Positions 11,791 through 64,000 of a DNA stretch of 64,000 nt are shown here, one piece after another. Source of the stretch: Chrysomallon squamiferum (taxonomy: Eukaryota > Animalia > Mollusca); NCBI GenBank assembly GCA_012295275.1, contig CM022665.1:45384001-45448000 (forward strand), given 5' to 3'. Under the pieces are notes generated by a model. The model had not been told where the DNA came from. It was given only the letters and a program-made list of their open reading frames with translations, and searched no databases. The translations under genes were made by a program, and so were the position numbers. The first letter of the stretch is position 1; every line of letters starts with the position of its first letter.

Positions 11791-13432
11791 CTTAGTCCTT
11801 TTTCTTGTTATTATTAGGTATTGTTGTCTTTAGTCGCTGGTTCAGTTCTCAATTAAAAAAAAACCTTTTAATCGTCAGATGAATGCAATAGTAGGTGTAA
11901 ATATGTCAACAAAAAAAAAAAAATAAATAATAATAATAATAATAATAAAATAAAATAAAATAAAATAAAATAATAAATAAAATAAAATAATTATGTCGAA
12001 AGCAAAGGATGACGCGAGAAAATTATTATTAATAACAGATGCAGATCCCGGGGTTCGGGGATGTCACTCGTGGCTCAAGCACCCCCCCTCCCACGTCATT
12101 TTTATGGTCTTAAAAACGTTTCGTGTTCAAAGTTAAATCCATCATAATGGTAACACTCCCCCCCACTCCGCCTTTCTGAAATCAGTGACCCGCCCCTGAG
12201 TTACCGAGTTACCCTGTTTGAAAAAAAAAATAATAATAATAATAATAATAATAATAATTTAAAAAAATTAAATTAACTTAAATTAAATTAAATTAAAAAA
12301 AAAAAAAAGGAAGAGAAAATAACTGAATCATGACTGTTTTAATGATGTACACACATTTAAAAAAAATTTCTAACTTTCCGGTTTTAACTACTCTTTGGAA
12401 ATAATCACGCTTTAAACCATTCGGCTAATGGTTGATATTTTTAATCATAAAAATGATTGAAATTCCTAATATCTGTATCATGCATACTTTAACAATAAAT
12501 AAACAGCGAATAGTTTAAAAACAGTTTAAAAAAAAAAAAAAACCTTTTACCTTTAACAGCAACTTGGACGTTTCTGTGGGACTTTCGGTTGGGGCCCTTT
12601 TTATTACAAGTGTTCGCTGTAGAACTTCCAGACCGAGTCTGTCACTGGAAGGGATCTGATTGGACGAGACCACATTTCACCGTGTCGCAGCATGAACCAC
12701 GTGGTCAGGATGACCGTTCCTGCTCTGCAAGTTTGATCAGTCAATGAAATAAGGTCTGAAGGCAAACCAACCAACCAACCAACTAACCAGCTACTAACAA
12801 CAACAACAACAATAATAACAACGAAAAGATTCAAAGAAAAAAAAAAAATCAGAAGTCTTCCTCTAATCAGCACTACTAATACCACTGTATCGGGATTTTG
12901 GAAATAAAGAAAGAATATGTATCGTATTTTGTTATGCTTGTCATGTACAAACATTAGATTACAAAAATTAATTTAAATTTTTTTATATTTCTTTGACTAT
13001 TACTCATACGTAATAAATTTAATCCATTATTTAAGTTGCATTTTTTTTTCATTATTATTATTTATTTTTTTTTTGATTGTTTATACGTTCATAATTTAAC
13101 ATCTGCTCCTGTTGAAGCTAATAATTAGTTCTGAGGAAGGATTGTGTATTTTGTTTGCTTTTTTTTTTTTTCGTTTGTTAATTTTGTTGTTTTTTCAAGA
13201 AATCTAATTTTCATAACAGCACTGAAAACACATCAGCACTTGATGATAACAAATGAGAATGAGGCGTATAAAAATTAAAAATATAAATGAATAAGTACCA
13301 TACCACATGATATACCGCGAGTGACGAAGAAATAACTTGAAAATACGCATACATGAATATTCCATGTAAAACATCACCAAAACACAAAATGCTGCATACA
13401 AATAATAGAACTGAACTGACTGGGACTGGGGC
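11791..13432. repeat. Segmental duplication copy 2 (blocks A and B contiguous)
   Basis: Matches 1-364 and 2460-3676, without the intervening ~2.1 kb. Confidence 0.95.
12551..12715 (-). promoter_or_regulatory. Candidate P450 promoter and short non-coding first exon
   Basis: Minus-strand order: ERE palindrome GGTCAnnnTGACC (12703-12715) overlapping E-box CACGTG (12698-12703), CCAAT (12659-12663), TATA-like TAATAAAAAG (~12597-12606), then donor AAG|GTAAAA (GT at 12550-12549). This donor fits the orphan acceptor at 10578. Confidence 0.5.
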
Positions 13433-14278
13433 TATATAACAAAATGGACTCTGAATCGTTAATTCCATTCAAAGATGACAAGACTGACTGGTGAGGAACG
13501 TGCATTTTCTAATCGGCATTTCGGGTAATGGTTTGAATGCCGGTATTCAAACAATCACTAGACTGACTACACAGGAGATACCAGCAGTTTGGAATCATCA
13601 GGAACCGTCCACAGCGATGCCAAAAACTCATCATCACTCCACAAGAAGATCGCCTGATTGTTCGCCTCCATTTTCACGATCGAAACACGGCCAGCTGTCA
13701 GGACTGCACCCCCCCCACTGTTCAAGGATGATGATGTGGGGGAATTTATCAGCGCAGACACGGTGTGTCTCGACGTCTTCGCTTTGTTGGCTTCTTGCTC
13801 AGGGCCGTATGTTGGAACATTCCTGACTGATCGGCATCAATTATGAGAGCTGACGTTTGGATGGAAGCTACTGTCACTGGAGATTACGTTCTTCTCTGGC
13901 AAATCCCGTATCCAGTTGGAGGAATGGTTTGGGTATAATAATCGTTACCACAGCGACTGCCTTGACCATATGGATCGAAGGGTGGGGGTCATTGTGTCGG
14001 GAGGGATCAGTGTATAGAAGAGCCTTGACAGAATGAATACTATTTTCTACACGGGGATAACGTCTTGCAAAACCACCTCATTCCCTTATTTCATGAGCAT
14101 CAGGGTAATTCAGCAAGACAAAGCACACACAGCACGTGTTACAACACAATATCTAAGCGAACAGTAATGTCCTTTTGCTCGGACGGTCAGCACTAACCCT
14201 AGATTTATCGCAAAACCGAGCATCTTTGGGATTACTTTGTTCAACACATCTCACGTTTTGCATAAATGAAAAACCTTC

Positions 14279-14310
<32 letters not shown>

Positions 14311-14631
14311 ATAATACACCGCATCGGGAGTGGAATCCTGTCAGACAGAATACTGTAGTCTTAGATGTATCGGCTGGATGAGAAGACGTTGTACGGTTTG
14401 TGTTGCTGCAGATTGTGGTGGTCACACGTTCTATTGACATTTCGTTGTGACCTCTCGTCATAGGTAGACCTGTCTTTAAAACTAATCAGTGATCTGGCAT
14501 TCTCTTTCATTTGTTGCCATCATCAGTGATCCGTCTGCTGCTATTCATATCGAAAACATTTTACTGCTCACGTATTTTTTTTGAATATCCAAACGTTTCG
14601 TGCTGGTGAGTTTTCAGTGCTCTTCAGTATA
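13212..14631 (+). mobile_element. Degenerate full-length Tc1/mariner DNA transposon (dead transposase)
   Basis: 28-bp imperfect terminal inverted repeats (13212-13239 vs 14600-14627, followed by TATA). Frameshifted Tc1 transposase remnants: TPQEDRLIVRLH, RPAVRTA, ISADTV, GPYVGTFLTDRH, GGIS, QQDKAHTARVTTQYL, DLS..EHLWD, MRRRCTVCVAADCGGHTFY* (ends ~14437). Confidence 0.88.
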
Positions 14632-15454
14632 TCGTAGTGTATCTCTGTGTTTGTCTATAGCAGACAGACATTTTTTTATTTGTTATAGGCGTCGGTGTTG
14701 TTTAATTGCATACACCAGATGACCTTGTTATAATGGTTGAAATCAATTTTTTTTTTTTTTTTTTTTTCTTTTTTTTTCTCACTGTACGCGTAATTCATTG
14801 TATGATTTATTTGCAAGTGCCTCGTAGCAATTATGAAACAATATCTTCACTGGTCTGAATAAAGGGCTGGATCATGTGCAAATCATGTGATAATTAATGC
14901 AGGTCATCCATTGGTTGACGGTGTTCTCTGAACCACAGTGAAAAAAATGTCTTCCCGTAGGGTTTATAATTATTATGATATATAAATGAATATTTTTATT
15001 TTATTCCAAAACAACAACAACAACAATAATAATAATTATAATATAAAATACAATAAATATAATAAATGTTTAATTATATAACTAACTAACTAAATAAACT
15101 GAAAAAAATAAAATAAAATAAATGATAAAAAAAAAATGAATAAATAAAAAATAAAATAAATAATATAATAAAATAAATAAATAATAAATAAAAATAACAA
15201 ATAAAATAAAACGATAATATTAATAATAATTTTTAAAATAATAATAAAAAAAAATGTATAGTTAAAAATTATTTTTTTTCTAAAACAATATTAGAAATAA
15301 TTTTCCTTGTCTGAATTGTAAACTTTTTAAAATAAATTATGTGCTTTATTAACAAATTCAGTGGTTCCAATAAAAAATAAATTTCTGATGTAAATAGTTC
15401 TGTAAACTAACTGGAGTAAATATGTTCAACGAACTAGATCTCAAGGGAACTAAC

Positions 15455-15739
15455 TCTTCTTCGCGAAAATATATTCGAATTTCTATTAACCTCCCTTCAG
15501 TTACCTTAAATCTTAACAACAACAAAATATTAATTTTATAATGAATATGGATGATAAATAATGTCGAAAAGATAATGTAATTAATGCATTTAATTTTTAT
15601 TGTATTAATTTCATTTTTGACACAAAATAACGCGTCTGCGCAAAGCATTTTTATGCTTGGCGCCCATTTCCGGCATTGGTACACATGGTCGAACTCGTGG
15701 TGCAGTAAGAAAGAAAAAAAAGGTTTCGCTTGAACAGAT
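15455..15739 (+). promoter_or_regulatory. WDR77 proximal promoter / 5' UTR
   Basis: Locally CpG-richer patch just upstream of the ATG, with E2F-like TTCGCGAAA (~15461) and TTGGCGC (15657), and ETS-like TTTCCGG (15667). No TATA box is evident. Confidence 0.45.
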
Positions 15740-60919
<45,180 letters not shown>

Positions 60920-61021
60920 CTAACTACGAGTGGAAATTTGTTCTGAATCTTTTTGTTTATTCTGAATGGGAGATAAATAATGACTGGCCCCTTAGAGGGA
61001 GGGAGAATGTTCCTGTTTATG

Positions 61022-61062
<41 letters not shown>

Positions 61063-61372
61063 ATTAATAAAAAAAATTATTGTGATTGTTCTGATGTTCT
61101 GAAAAGGAAAACAAAAAATAAAGTGATCATTGATGTGGAGATAATAGTGATTGTTTAAATGGGGAAAAAAAAAAAAAATAAAAGAATGTGATTTGTTCTG
61201 ATATGGAGAAAATGGTGATGTGATATGATTGTGTTGTGATGATTTTTCAACTTGGTGAAAGATGGGCTGGTTGTGTGATGGAAGAATAGGTTTTGTCTTT
61301 AACGTTTCTGAAAAAGAGCACAAAATACTAAACTTTGGGATTGTTACTACTACTACTACTACTACTACTATG

Positions 61373-61406
<34 letters not shown>

Positions 61407-61581
61407 TGACTACTACTACTACTGCTCTACTACTACTACTACTACTACTACTACTAAAACTTCTACTACTATTATTACCACTGCTACTAATATAAATTAT
61501 TATCAAATGAATCTTGATTACCTTATGATTATTTAAACTTAAATATAAAGATAATACATTTTTTTTTTTTATAATAATAAA

Positions 61582-61613
<32 letters not shown>

Positions 61614-63277
61614 ACAAATCCTGAATACTGTATGATTATTCAAAGTCAAGAAATTGGTACTTACCATTTTATTTCTTTTATAATAATTAATTCTTATGTT
61701 TCCACAAAATTGACACAGTAAACAAGTGATTTTTGACATTTTTTTTCGAAATTTATCAGTTATTCTTATGAAATTACTGCATGATGCTTTATAAGTCTGT
61801 AGTCATGAAAAAACACCACCCCGGGGGGGGGGGGGAAATGTATGTGCATCCATATTTAAATAATTTGAAAATATACATAACTTTAAAGTCTGACATTTGA
61901 ATTACTAGCTGAACATGTTATGTTTCTATAACAACAACAACAACAACAACAACCAAAGTGCGAAACTCTACATGTTGACAATATAAGGGGCATTACTTAT
62001 CAGCTTTATATGTATGACGAATCTGATTTGTTAAATATTATCCTGTAAATACCGTAGTTAAAAATTCTGCACACTTGTACGTCTTCAAATATTAAATACA
62101 CCAACAAAAATATATTTAGGGTTTATTATTTTGAAAGTTTTGTTAGAATTAACTGCATCAAGAAGTCATTGTGTATCTGTAAATAATAATAATAATGATG
62201 ATGATGATGATGATGATGATAGTAATAATAATCATCATAATAGTAATAAGTACAATAATAATAATAGTAGTAGTAATAAATACAATAATAATATAAAACT
62301 AATATGTCTGAAAATAATAATTTCAGTAGAAATATGTTGTAGAATATAATTGAAAATTACTCTTTATCTGGTGCAAAAAAAAAATATTAAAAAAATTATA
62401 AAAAATAGATAAATTAAAAAAAATTCAGAAGATTTTTGATTTTGTTGAGATATAAAAGTATATTTTTAATTTTTGTAGCCACCTGGTATTTTGTATATGA
62501 AAGACAAATCTCATTATATAACAGTTTGAATAAATTTTTTTTTTTTTTTTAAACCTTTGCTTATAGCTCAAGTATTATTCATTTGCAAAACTGCAATATA
62601 TTGGAATGTTTTTAATTGTTATTAAATATAAATGAAATAATTCATTTAATTTATTTCAACCATAATTAATACTTTAATTTGGAAATATACACCATGTTTG
62701 ATAAACTACAAATTTGATTGGGCAAAATACGAAAAAGCTGAATTTGATTGGTCCATTTGTTATACCACATTGAACTTGATTGGTTCATATACTGAATAAT
62801 ACTGAATTTTATTGGTCAGTTTGTTATACCACATTGAATTTGATTGGTTCATGTTTTGAATGATGCTGAATTTGATTAGACTTCATATACCACATTTTAT
62901 AAAACAAATTTTCTGTTATGTACATTTTTTTTTTTTTTTTTTTTTTTTTAAAGCTGTTTTCTACTAGCATCATTTATTCACTGCACATTTTTCATCATTG
63001 TGTCAAAGTGCAAACCAACATTACCTCAAAATAATTGTTAAAAAATGAATAACTGCCCAAGATAATTTGACATATTGTTGGGTTTATTTTTATTATTATT
63101 TTTTTAAAATTACGAATCAATAGCCTAAATACTTTATGCAATCTTTCAACTGCTTACATTGCTAATAATAAAGTATGACAAAAATTACTTTATTATTATT
63201 GATTCAGGAGGAGGTTTCAGAATTCAGAGCTTATTTTGGATTTTGGAATTTCTAATAAAGGATCATCATTATTTTTT

Positions 63278-63313
<36 letters not shown>

Positions 63314-63641
63314 ATAAGAATCTAAGATATGACAGGATATGACCAGTATCCAGTTAAGAAAGTAAAATGATAACTTCCATGGATCCATGGATCCCAATCA
63401 GTTGAAAGTACACAAAGTATTTAGGCTTTTTGTTATAGTTTAAATGTCAATGAAATAACAACCACTTAAATGTATAAAGTATCCAGAATTCTTGGTTATA
63501 ATTTGTTTATAAAACAAACAAAAAATGTGGAATCTCACTTTATGATTTAACATTCCTTAATGTAGCTGAATTGTAAATAATGTTAAAACAACGAATTACT
63601 GAACAAAATTTAATGAATGTTTGTATACAAATAAAAGTATT

Positions 63642-63680
<39 letters not shown>

Positions 63681-64000
63681 TAACAGTTGTAAATAAAAAA
63701 TTTAAATAATAAAATTATAAAAAAATATCACAAAAAAAAAAAAAAAAAAAAAATGTTCATTAAAAAAAAAAAAATGTATTGCTGTTAGTTATCATTTGTC
63801 TAAGGAACATTTAAATATTTATTTATTATTTTTATTTTTTTTAAATATTTTTTATACTGTTTCTTTTATCAATATGAAAACAGGTGTAAAAATATCACAT
63901 ATTCAGTTAATTAGAATTATTTTTGAAAAGCCTAAATAAACAAACTTTTACAAACATTCAGCATTCTTCAGAAAAGAGGGTATCATTCTGTTATGGGTTT

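Noticed and set aside
61026-61061. Poly-A run after the WDR77 stop suggesting a retrocopy
   Set aside because: The gene has 8 introns, and long A/T runs are ubiquitous in this window.

Overview
Eukaryotic (animal) genomic DNA, very AT-rich and dense in microsatellites and minisatellites. A mollusc/gastropod origin is my inference from repeat style, not proven. There are two divergently oriented spliced genes. (1) On the minus strand is a CYP2-clan cytochrome P450 with 4 coding exons (5325-10574). All P450 motifs are intact, but a single frameshift and stop at ~9882-9887 in exon 2 is followed 7 nt later by a perfect 8-bp hairpin. (2) On the plus strand is a complete WDR77/MEP50 (methylosome protein 50) gene with 9 coding exons (15740-60919, 360 aa) and very large repeat-filled introns. 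The P450 upstream region is present twice (1-364 plus 2460-3676, and 11791-13432). This implies a recent tandem duplication of the P450 unit, with the breakpoint inside a decayed Tc1/mariner transposon (13212-14631). Both copies carry a candidate promoter with a TATA-like box, a CCAAT box and a perfect GGTCAnnnTGACC estrogen-response palindrome. Many WDR77 splice sites are abutted by tandem repeats containing decoy copies of the splice site. Almost all ORFs in the supplied track are microsatellite artefacts.
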